Below, piece after piece: positions 40,720 through 52,210 of a stretch of DNA of 64,000 bases. The position numbers and the translations under genes are program-made. Under the pieces are notes generated by a model. That model was not told the DNA's origin. It made no database searches and saw only the letters and a program-made list of their open reading frames with translations. Numbering within the stretch: the stretch's first letter is position 1; every line of letters starts with the position of its first letter. Source of the stretch: Lama glama (taxonomy: Eukaryota); contig CM052832.1 in the NCBI GenBank assembly GCA_028534125.1, positions 11,966,001-12,030,000 on the forward strand, in the 5' to 3' direction.

Positions 40720-40986
40720 ATATGTGGAATCCAAAAAATACAACAAACTAGTGAATATAACAAAAAAGAAGCAGACTCACAGATACAGAGAACAAACTAG
40801 TGGTTACCAGTGGTAGGGGAGAGGGGCAGTATAGGGGTGGGAGAGTGGCAGGTATAAAACAACTGGATGTAAGGATAGACTTAAGGATGTCCTATACAAC
40901 ACAGGGAACATAGCCAGTATTTTGTAATAACTGTAAATGGAAAGCTACCTTTAAAAGTTATATAAAGTTAAAAAACAAAAATAGAA
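40720..40986 (+). mobile_element. 5'-truncated L1 3' end (lineage-specific)
   Basis: Typical L1 3' UTR (atatgtggaatc...gactcacagatacagagaacaaactagtggttacc...) with an A-rich tail. TSD aaaaccac(a/c)catagttt at 40703-40719 and 40987-41003. Confidence 0.9.
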
Positions 40987-41309
40987 AAAACCACCCATAG
41001 TTTTACAAAATAAAAATCAGATGTACAAAAAGTAACTTCAGTTTTTACTTAATACATTGTGAACATTCTACTTCTTTCAAAAATATTTCTCTAAAATGTT
41101 ACTTTTAATGGTTGTCTTACCATTATTTATTTGATTCCTCAAATTTGGATATTATTATAACTTTTAAAATACATTTTTATGCTATGGATAAAGAAAAATA
41201 GTGTGGATAAATATCAGTATCAAAACAAGAAATTTGTGAAAAAATTTTGGTGGGCTTCAGCCTAATAAGAATCCACCAGTTCCATAGTGGCTTCAAGATT
41301 CTGCCTCCT

Positions 41310-41379
41310 ATGCTCTACAGTGGAATTTGACACAACATTGTAAAATGATTATAACTCGATAAAAAATGTTTGAAAAAAA
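41310..41379 (+). mobile_element. 70-bp L1 3' terminal fragment
   Basis: atgctctacagtggaatttgacacaacattgtaaaatgattataactc plus A tail. Perfect 15-bp TSD aagattctgcctcct at 41295-41309 and 41380-41394. Confidence 0.88.
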
Positions 41380-43150
41380 AAGATTCTGCCTCCTTTTCTA
41401 GCCATGCTGATGTTTTCACCCACTGTGGTTTCTAGGGTTTAGCCATGATGGCAGAGAGTACCAGGTCAGTATGGTGACCACCACCTGAACAGTCTCCTTT
41501 GCTTGTCATTAACCTGAATCCTACATACCCAGACACTGGTGTATGGTCTCCTAGACGCTACTCAGTGCCTTTTTGAGTCTGGGCATGAAGGGCTTAATTG
41601 TAATGGTGATGAGACCCTGTGAATCTTGCTGGTTAGGTCACTTCTCTGGTTAGCACCGCTGGCCACCACCCTGTCCTTTCAGGCCATTTGGGCCAAGTAT
41701 GAGGGAAGCTTTATGAAGTGGGAGTCAGCATCTCCCATGTGCCTGGGTATTGGAGGTTATCTCCAGGCTATCTCTTATCTGTTTCTTTTTTATTAAGAAT
41801 ATATTTCCTGATACGTATCTTGTTGGATACAATATGATGGTTAGTTGGCAAAATGGAACTGATTCATGTGTTATTTCCAAGAGTCTCTGATAAATAATAA
41901 TAGTAGACATTGTTCTAAAAGCTTTACATGTATTTACTCATTTAATTAATGATGAAATTAGTATAAAAATAAGAAAAGTTTAGTACATTTGGAACTAAAA
42001 GTAGTTATCATTTCCAGGATGTTAAATATTTATTGGCCATTTTATTTTAGTATGTCCATTACTTTCACAGGGAACTTAACTTTACCATGTACCAGTTCCT
42101 TTCTCACAGAATTATCATTCTAAGCAAAGGTGAAAAATTCAGGATCTTAAGCCAAAAAGATTCTGACATGTGATGTAAAATTATATCCTGCATTGCTGAT
42201 AACCCAGAGAGGTTCAATAAAAGGTTATAACCAGTTTGAGACTGAGCAATAAAATGAATGGGAGTGAGGGGACAGCANNNNNNNNNNNNNNNNNNNNNNN
42301 NNNNNNNNNNNNNNNNNNNNNNNNNNNNNNNNNNNNNNNNNNNNNNNNNNNNNNNNNNNNNNNNNNNNNNNNNNNNNNNNNNNNNNNNNNNNNNNNNNNN
42401 NNNNNNNNNNNNNNNNNNNNNNNNNNNNNNNNNNNNNNNNNNNNNNNNNNNNNNNNNNNNNNNNNAGCATGTAATGGTCCAGGGTAGCTGACCAGGGGAG
42501 GATGATAGGCTGTTTTCATTACTGCCAGATTATTAGCTGCCAGATTTTAAGTTGTACCCAAAAGAAACACGTATTATCTCTTTGCCCATGTCATTTATTT
42601 TTCCGCAGGCTGCGTCTGTGTGTGGGATGGTAGGAGACTGGGAGGAAGAGGGAGATAAGCGGGCCTCTACAAGGAACCATTATGAGTTGGCTTCCTTCCT
42701 GAGAGAGCAGCGCTGAGCACCTAGGCCAGCGAAAGTAAAGGGCGAAGGCACACTTCTCTGTTCTCTGTCTTCTCTCTGTCATGGCTTTATTAATCTGCTA
42801 ATACGGTGTGTGCAAGGCAATCTAGTCCTGTTACATCTTACATGCCTGGTATGTGCCAAGCACCATCCTAAACCCTGGATATGTGCAAATAAATGGGGCA
42901 TGGTCCTTGTTCTTAAGCAGCTTGTGACCTAATAAGGCAGACAGACATGCAGAGAGATAATTTCAATACATTTTGGTGAATGATGTTTTAAAGGGATCTA
43001 TACAGATTTCATCATCAATTTGGGTGTTATGAGGAAGATGTAATTCATGAATAGTATATTTTTTGTACCTCTTAACACTTTATTAAGATATAACTTTGTA
43101 CTGTCATTTTTAACATGGTACCTTTTTCTGCCTTTTTCCTTTTGATTCAN

Positions 43151-43270
43151 NNNNNNNNNNNNNNNNNNNNNNNNNNNNNNNNNNNNNNNNNNNNNNNNNN
43201 NNNNNNNNNNNNNNNNNNNNNNNNNNNNNNNNNNNNNNNNNNNNNNNNNNNNNNNNNNNNNNNNNNNNNN
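43151..43270 (+). CDS. BTBD9: BTBD9 coding exon 6, inferred to lie wholly inside the N run 43150-43289
   Basis: The polypyrimidine tract cctttttctgcctttttccttttgattca ends exactly at the first N (expected AG). A 120-nt exon (SYSYFIEVS...ARVCR in human, recalled) fits the 140-nt run and I do not see it elsewhere in the window. The exon sequence itself is not visible. Confidence 0.7.
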
Positions 43271-45979
43271 NNNNNNNNNNNNNNNNNNNATAAATGATTT
43301 TGATATTTGTTTAAAGAGATTTGGATGTAGAGAAACAGACTAGGCTTTTCTTTCTCATGGAAGGAGTTTTTTTAGGATATCAGCTACCAAATGCATCGCA
43401 ACTAAAACATTTAGGGAAACTATGGAAAATTAAGCATCTTAATATTTAGAGTGTACTGTGGAGCTGTTTATCCAAAGTGTTTGGTATCGTATTTATGTGG
43501 TAGTCATGTAAATGAACAAGAAGGGACAGGGCACACTGAGAAGTGGAAATGCTTTTTAAACTCCATGTTGTACCTTGAAAACAGAGTTTTTGTTGGGGGC
43601 TGTGTTCTTTCCATAGAAGCCATGAGAGATATTTCTGGAGACTTTCCTGGTAATCATCAGAGCCAGGGGATTTTTGGATGCTGTTGTGCACGTTCTGAAT
43701 ATCTGTGTTCTTTTTCTAGGTCAGTGGGTGTTTAGTGGAGTTTGACAGAGCAGGTGTTTATAGTGGGATTGGGTTTGGGGCAAGGGAGGCTGAGCTGGTG
43801 GGGCCGCAGGCTTACACCCTCACTTCAACCAGAGCATCTTTGCTTTTATTGTGTTTTATGTTGCAGCTCCATGTAAGTTTGTTTTTAAAAAGTATTGGTA
43901 AGCTGTTGTTCTAAAATACCATGTTCTTACTTAGGTATAAGCCATCTTTTAAGCTTTCTTTCTGAAATTCTGAAAAACCAATATGAATAATGAATCTGGG
44001 AGTTGGGAAAGGTGGATAAAGCTCCCTGAAACTGTTGTGCTTTTTCTATTGTGATTTTCCCTTTGGAAATTGCCCTTACATATTCTTTATTTTAAAGCCA
44101 GAAGATCTAAGGCAGAAAGTGATTGGTTTGTTTAGTTAGGTGTGGCAAGAGAAGGGAAAGGGGTATGGTGGGCGTAAACCAGGGAGCATGTGAGGCTGGC
44201 ACCTTACCCACTCCCTTCCACATCCTTACCCGTGACCCCCCTGACATCCCGGTGTGACCGAGTTGAGCGGATGGGGACGCCCCCCAGCACTTACTGTTTT
44301 GGTCAGAAGACACTCTTATACCTGTTAAATGCATGGTCTAACAGCATCAGGCTGAATTCTTATTTCCACTATAGGAACTCCACAAAACCTTTCAGCCTTT
44401 GGTACAGTAAAGAATGTTGCCTCTGTTTCTTTTATTATGGGTATGACCAGACACAATATTGTTACCCAGGGATCCTCTTGTGTGGAAATGAAGAAAATCA
44501 ATTTCATTTCCCCAAAGAAGGTCTAAAGTGTCTCAAGTCTGGCTGTTGCTCTTTTATCAGAGGAGTTTTGAGTGGATTTAAAAGAGAGGGACAAGAAATT
44601 GAGTGAAGATTCTGTATCTCAGAACTGCGTAGGGATACTTGGAGAGTGAAAGAGGAGCCCCGAAGTGGAGGAGGGTATTGAATCTGCATCAACTCAGGTT
44701 ATTATGATTGTATTGGATTAAAACATAAGCAGCATAATGACCAAAATGTCTGATGTTGGCCCGTGAACTGTGTGTTTGTATTTAATTTGAAGCACTAGGA
44801 GCATGACTCCCAGAACAAATTATCATGACTGTAATACCAGCTATGACAGAGGCTTGCCCACCTTAACACTACTGTGAAGAGGGAGACGTACCCTCAGTCA
44901 TGATGTCTGGCTTTCAGGAAATATAATTTCTCTTATTTATTAATGGGTATTATTTGTACTCCCCTTTGCTTATTTAGTCTCCCCTGTGTGACCTTGCCTT
45001 TGTTGATGTTGCTTTTATGTGTTGTAGAGCCCGGATGTATTCATGAGGCTGGTTTTTGTCTTGGTATAGCCAGCCCCCAACTCTGCTCAAGGAAAACTGG
45101 GCAAAGGTGATATGTGATAACCAGAAAAGGAAGGAGTCTTGATAACCATTTTAGTGAAAAAGAAATTTAAGATTTATAACAACTTTAACTTATTGTATTA
45201 ATTACTACATTCCTACATACATTCTGCCTTTTGAAATAGATTGGAATTTTGATAGTATTTGAAAATGAACTTAAGAGTAAGTCCCTATTGATTATCCAAG
45301 GATGTCTTAGCTTTGTGTTTCTTATCTTCACAATCATTTATTGACTACCTAAACAGTGTTCTGAATACACTTCTTCCAGGAACTTCACTGGGCACATATA
45401 AATTCTTTATTTCCTTAGCACATAAGCAGTCATTTTGCATTAGGTTCATTAATTTGCACATTTGTATGTCACCTTTGTTCTTCAGTGTCCTTTGTGTGTT
45501 TGTCTTGCCTCTGATACTAAAATTACAAGCTCTTGGACGCGAGGAGTATGGATTCTAATCTTCTAGTATTCTTGCATGGTACTCAGGCTATGACCTTGTA
45601 TACAGTAGGTACTCTAAAATGTTTGCATAGGTTTGGGGTCAAGGCATTGACCAGGTAATGAAGAGAGATTGATTCAATATTAATATGTATATATATTCAT
45701 TGGTGCTTTTTATCCAAGTATTTGTTAAAATGTGTATCAGTGCTGGAAAACTCTCTGGAATAGTAAATAAATGGTTCTGTACTGTTTGCAAAGGTTACTT
45801 TCTGTTTTTTCTTTGGGAAACTGAATTTTGAGGTTAATCCTGAAGGATGTGTCATGCATTGATGAAAGATTACATCAAATATATTCACAAAAGAAGAGAT
45901 GCTCTGTGAATTGGGAGGTATGAGATTATCCAGCCTTCTTTCTGAGTCTGGGCTGAACTGTGTGTAAATCAGCATCATG

Positions 45980-46220
45980 CAGTAGAAAAACCATGGGCTG
46001 CGGAGTTAAACCTCTCGAATCCTGGTTTCATCTAGCAGTGACGTTGTAATCTTAGTAAAGCTGTGCCTCTCTGAGCCCTCATTTCTACGCCAGTGAAAAG
46101 CAGGAATAAAACTGCCCTTCCTGGGGTCTGCTGTGGAGGGTTAGATGACAGAGCATGTGTATAAGTACTGAGCACAGTGCTGGGCCCAAAGTACAGGCCC
46201 AGTACATAGTTGTTTTTATG
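45980..46220 (+). mobile_element. MIR SINE
   Basis: tcgaatcctgg...cctctctgagccctcatttc...gagcacagtgctgggc. Confidence 0.7.
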
Positions 46221-47519
46221 ATTTTTTCCTACATTCTGAGACTGTGAACTGGTGGTTGGCCTTCAGAGAAACAGCAATCCCTGCCATCCTCTGTGGCCAT
46301 GGTGGCTCCCAGTGTGACAAAACTGTTCCTTATCTCAGGAGCGTGGTCTGTTCAGCACTTTTCCGTATTGCCAGTCCACACACATGCCTTACATGGTTCC
46401 TTTGTCTTGATAACCTTCCCCTTTGTATGATTCCAGCAGTTTTCATGTATTTTTGCTTTGGTAAAACATTTTTTATTGTAAAAATATATATATAACATTA
46501 AACTTGCCATTTATATATCCTGTGGAATGTAATCTGGTCAGCATTTCCCCTCACCAAGATAGTGGACTTGATCTAGTGGCAGTAAGGATAACTCCAGGCT
46601 TCAAAGCCAGAGTGATTGTTACAACCACAGTAACAACTGTCAGGAAATGGTCATTTCTTTCTGGGCCCTTGTTAGGGATAATGCATTGTGGGTTAAGTAG
46701 GAACTGCTCTATGTAGCCAGAAGCTTAGACTAATAACAACCCTCTAGCCCCCAACTATGGATGAAAAAAAGTGACTTGCCAGTTTTGGTACAATTTTTCA
46801 TACAGCACTCAGAACCATTTTATGTCTCATCAGCTTTGTCTTTTTCAGGAAATGGCAATTTCTGCTTTACTCATAAACTCCCCAACCTTTATGCTGTCTT
46901 CTTTGCTGTCTAGTAAACTCTCTTCAAGCCCTTCCATGGCTTTCTTGGATGGTAGAGCCTAGGACTGAACAAAAACACTAATAAAGAGTGGAAATATTGA
47001 GTGACCTGAGAGTGTTAAAATTTTTTCTGGCTTTTTCTCATATTGTGCTGATAATTTGGCAGTTGTATAATATTGCTGAAATATGAGATGACTTGACAAC
47101 ATGGTTGTGAATGGGTAAAAAGATAGCTTGTATGTGGCCGGTAGCTGGAATTACAAAAGTGATCTTAGTGTAAAAACTGGGAGTTGAGGGAGAGGAATAG
47201 CAGACCTAAAAGCAACATCCGTAAGGATATACCTATTGAGAGAAGGAAGGAAAGAGTAGATGGCAGGGGCTGTTCTGAGCGATTAAAGGAGAATCAGGAG
47301 GAGCACAGTTTACTGAAGACAAGGCCAGAGAGGATAATGAGAAAGGGGCGACTTTACAGTTCAGAACATGGCACACCACAGGGGGGATGTACTCAGTTAA
47401 CACAAAACTGAGCTTTTTTCTTCCTTTCCTTTTGTTTTTAATGATCAAAATGGAAATGTCTTTTTATGACATTTTTATTGTAAAATTATAATGTAGTATA
47501 TATTTTAAATATTGATAAA

Positions 47520-48340
47520 GCTTGCCCTCTGGTAAGGCTATACCCAGTTTCTACCAGTAGCACATAGAAACGCCCCTTCTGCCAACCCCACCAACACAGG
47601 CATTGTCAACATTTTGCCAGTGTGACTTATGATTCATAAAGAATTGTCTTATTTTAATTCGGATTTCTTTTTATCATCAGTGAAGTAGAGTATCTTACAA
47701 TACTTGCCATTTGCTGTCTCTCATTTATAAAAAGTCTGTCTTTGTCTTCTGCATGTTTTCTTTCTGGGCTGATTGTATTTCTGTTTTTGGCTTGTGAGAA
47801 CTTTGTATTGGTATGTACATCTTTATTTATATATATAAATGTCATATATATGTGTGTACATATACAGATAGGTGTATGTATATGTATGTATGATTATCTT
47901 TTTGCCTATCATGTATTGTGTTTTTAGGGCTATCATATATTGTGTTTTTAGTGCTCTATTGATACTTTTTACCATATAGAATTTTATGTTTGAAAAAATG
48001 AGGTCCAATTTGTTAGTCTTTTTTATGGTTTCTGGTGGTCTGATACCATGTTTAGAAAGGTATTCCCCACTCCAACGTTAAAGAGTGTTAGACTTTTATA
48101 AATTTTTTTCTTCCTTGCTATTTTTATCTTTATATGTAAATATTTAATCCAGCCGGAATATTTTTCGTGTGTATTTTCAAATAGGGACAATCAGTTGACT
48201 GAGATCACTTATTTAATAATTGTTCCTTATCACACTAATAGGAACCACCGTATTTATCATGTGCTAAATTTTAGCATATACTCTATTCCATTGATTTCTT
48301 GATGACTCTTAGTGAAAGTGTTTTAATTATTGTAGTTTCC
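47520..48340 (-). mobile_element. Old L1 (L1ME-like) fragment
   Basis: catcagtgaagtagagtatctt...gccatttg; tttagaaaggtattccccactcc; ctctattccattgat. Confidence 0.6.
47906..47953. repeat. 24-bp tandem duplication
   Basis: ctatcatgtattgtgtttttaggg / ctatcatatattgtgtttttagtg. Confidence 0.85.
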
Positions 48341-50856
48341 CTTCCCTCCTTCTTCTTCTTCTCTTAGAATGAGAAATTATAATGTGACAATTTGTCCTGA
48401 AGAAAAGGGAGTTGTGGAGCATCTGCTGGTCTGTCTTCTGGTCTCAGTGGTCACATTAGAGGTCATAAATGATGATAAACATCTCACTTGAACAGTTCTA
48501 CTTTCAGTTATAACAAGAAATTTAAATGTGCTTTACCAGCTAAGAAAATAGATTTTTCTTCATTTATTCATCTGTTTATTCATTCATTACTCTTTTCACA
48601 AATAAGCTCCTAATTGTGGTATGCATTTTACTTGATGCTGAGGCAGTAACACCGAAGAAAACTGCCAAGGTTTTTGCTGTCATAGAATTTGGAAGAAACA
48701 GATGTAAATAAACAATAAGAGCATATCGGGCAATTGTAAGTGTTGAAAATGGTACTGTGATAGTGACCAGGGTCAAGAGGCGAAAAGTGCTTATTTAAAA
48801 TAGGTGATCTTTGAAGGCCTGAGAGGGCACCTGGGTGTCTTAAGCTGAGGTGAAGAGAGTGATATTCTCTGGCCATTGTTTTAGATACTTAGGCTTTCTT
48901 TGGTGTACACTGAGTGTTATTCAGGAGTAACTGGTCTACCATAGGAGGCCTCATTAGATGAATACTAAAACTGTACTTTTTTTTGGAATAGGGCACTTTA
49001 ATCTCTTTTATTGCTGCTGTACATTCCAGGTCCTCTCTCATCCCTGCCATTATTAGATGCAGCATAATTTTGTTTTTACCCATTTTCATTAGATTGTAGT
49101 ACCTAACAGTGCTATAGATCTACAAGACATAAAACAAATGAGAAGATAAACGTTGCTATTTATGGAAGCATTCTTTCTCTACGATATTAACATTGTACAA
49201 GAGCATGTGTGTCTTCTATCTTTTCTCTTTTGTTCTCCCCCTGATCCCATATTGGGGCATTGATTTATTTGTTTACTTTTAAAGGCAGGCACTTTTACAT
49301 TATTCAGTGGTTTACCAGGATGATTTAGAATCATAACTAGAATTATGCTGAGCTTTTACTTTCCTTATATGATTGATGTCTTCAGAATTCAAGAAATTCC
49401 TTATTCAGATGTAGAGGAAGAAGGAACAGTTGCACTTTTAAAAAGTAATCATTTTAGTTCGTACTTAGTTTGAATTGTATCCCCACCTACAACTTTGATA
49501 TCATAATTGAACTAACACAGAGCAACCTGCAGACAGCATTTTTTTCTAAGAGTGCAAATCAAAATGTAGCCACATGGTGTCACTAAATCATAACAGTTTT
49601 ACATGGGGCTAAAGAGCGATTGAAATTGCTTTTTTTTAAATATAAAATCATATTTAAATATAAATTGTTCTGAATACTGTAGTTTGTGAAATAACATGTG
49701 AAACTATTTGTACTTTTTTAAGTCTTTCTACTCATGTGGGGCATTAATTATGCCTGAAGTTCATAGAAGTCCATTCAGGTGCTGGCCAGCCCTTGACAGT
49801 CATCTGCCAAGAATCACAGATACGTGGGATTCTGTAGTACAGTTATTCAGTTTCATACAAAAAAGTTCTTTTTTTTTAAATCTTCCTTTGGAGTTTTGAA
49901 ATAAATAGGAAAGTAACTCAAAGGAGATAGAGCCATTAAATATTTATAAGAAGTCAGGGAGCAGAAGAAAGGAGGAATGAGGAAAAGAGAGAGAGGGTTA
50001 CAGGACCTCAGAGGAGAGACAGGAAGGGAACAGTTTAACATCTATTGAGTATCTCCTGTGGGCCAGGCATAGGTTGTTCCCTTATATGATTCTCACAATA
50101 GCTCTGGGAGAGAAATACCACTAACTACCTTAATTTGACAAACAAGGAAACTGAACTTTAGAGAAGCTAAGGTCTATCTGACTACAGAGTTAACGTCACA
50201 GTCCTGCGTTCCCCTCTGCAGGCTGTGTGTGAGGTAAAGAAACATCTCTGCTTTAGAGCAGGGGAGACATGGAGCCTGGAGAAGCTCTGGCTGCCTCTTT
50301 GGCAGGAGCAGTTTCCAAGAATGAAACAGAGGCCCTCCCAGTGTGGCCATACTCTGCTTGTGCTGGGCAGAGCCACCTGGATGATGAGGATACTGAGGAG
50401 GAGGAGGAGAATAAACAATTGGGGAAGTTTTCTCTTTTAAAATGCTTCAAAGGGGTTGTGGCAATCCTTTCTGTAGGTATGGTTTGTCAGTTTGTCAGTA
50501 GAGCTTTGAACTTTCCTGCCCCTTAGTTCCCCATTAGATCACTTTAGACTATATTATTACGGAGTGAACTTCATGTTCTTAACTCCTGATTTGTTTTGCT
50601 TCACTTGTGTTTAGAAACAAGTTTCTTATATTGTGGAATTTCTCTTCACACGATCCGTTTACATCTTGAATTACTTTTTTTTTTTAGTTGAGGAATTTTC
50701 TATTTATTATTTTCACCTAGAATTCTCTCAATAGGCCAAAAAAAAAATCCACTGTGTTTTATATTCAGTAAGACCTTTGAGACATGGCTGTTTGTGTTTA
50801 AGTTATTCAGTTGAATCCAGGCTTTTTAATTTTATTTTGTTTAAAGGATAATAACA

Positions 50857-51356
50857 NNNNNNNNNNNNNNNNNNNNNNNNNNNNNNNNNNNNNNNNNNNN
50901 NNNNNNNNNNNNNNNNNNNNNNNNNNNNNNNNNNNNNNNNNNNNNNNNNNNNNNNNNNNNNNNNNNNNNNNNNNNNNNNNNNNNNNNNNNNNNNNNNNNN
51001 NNNNNNNNNNNNNNNNNNNNNNNNNNNNNNNNNNNNNNNNNNNNNNNNNNNNNNNNNNNNNNNNNNNNNNNNNNNNNNNNNNNNNNNNNNNNNNNNNNNN
51101 NNNNNNNNNNNNNNNNNNNNNNNNNNNNNNNNNNNNNNNNNNNNNNNNNNNNNNNNNNNNNNNNNNNNNNNNNNNNNNNNNNNNNNNNNNNNNNNNNNNN
51201 NNNNNNNNNNNNNNNNNNNNNNNNNNNNNNNNNNNNNNNNNNNNNNNNNNNNNNNNNNNNNNNNNNNNNNNNNNNNNNNNNNNNNNNNNNNNNNNNNNNN
51301 NNNNNNNNNNNNNNNNNNNNNNNNNNNNNNNNNNNNNNNNNNNNNNNNNNNNNNNN
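50857..51356. other. Scaffold gap of exactly 500 N flanked by a 199-bp exact duplication (assembly artefact)
   Basis: 50658-50856 is identical to 51357-51555. Confidence 0.92.
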
Positions 51357-51894
51357 TTTACATCTTGAATTACTTTTTTTTTTTAGTTGAGGAATTTTCT
51401 ATTTATTATTTTCACCTAGAATTCTCTCAATAGGCCAAAAAAAAAATCCACTGTGTTTTATATTCAGTAAGACCTTTGAGACATGGCTGTTTGTGTTTAA
51501 GTTATTCAGTTGAATCCAGGCTTTTTAATTTTATTTTGTTTAAAGGATAATAACATGTTGAGCTGCTTTTGTGTGTAGTGAAGGAATTGGAACATAAGAA
51601 AATAGAACAGAGTTGTCCTTTTCCTTTGCATTTTATTTTACAATTTTAGAATATAAATTAGTATCCTTTAATAAATGTGAGATGATGTTATTAACACTAA
51701 TGACCTGTTATTACTGCCACAAACAGCCATTGTCTGTTTTTCATTCTGGAAGGGCAAGAGCTATATTTGGTGGTGGTAACAGTTGCTTTCCAAGCGATTA
51801 GTTCCAGGATTAAGTTCAGATAGTAACTCCCTAGCTGATCATCAAACATCCTTTTTCCCCTTTCTCTTTCTCCACTACTACCCTGTTACTTACA

Positions 51895-52210
51895 GACTTA
51901 TTTATTCATACATTCATTCAACAAACAGATATTTATTGAATACTGGCTATATATTGCAGGCACTTAGTTTAGGTGCCAGGCATAAAAGGGTGAACAAGAC
52001 ACAGTTGCTCCTCTCAAGAATTTCATGATATAATAGGAGTGCCAAATTTCAAAACATAGATAAAGTAAAATAAGTGCAATAATAAAGATCTGTGTAGGGT
52101 ATGCCAGAGCAGAGTTACAGGAGGTCCTGCTGAAGAGAGGATTTGAACTGAATCTTAAAGGACCAAGGGGTTGAGCAGGCAAAATAAGAGAGGAAGGATG
52201 CTCTGTATTC
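51895..52210 (-). mobile_element. L2 3' end
   Basis: cattcattcaacaaacagatatttattgaatact...aggcactt...gtgccagg. Confidence 0.7.

Noticed and set aside
50269-50526. 85-aa ORF with a good Kozak context and an acidic tract (DDEDTEEEEE)
   Set aside because: The acidic run comes from a (GAG)n micro-repeat. There is no promoter, no match to the BTBD9 protein, and overlapping ORFs in other frames suggest a composition effect.
50811-51368. 185-aa ORF and the other X-filled ORFs at 42.2-42.5 kb and 43.1 kb
   Set aside because: They are open only because Ns contain no stop codons.
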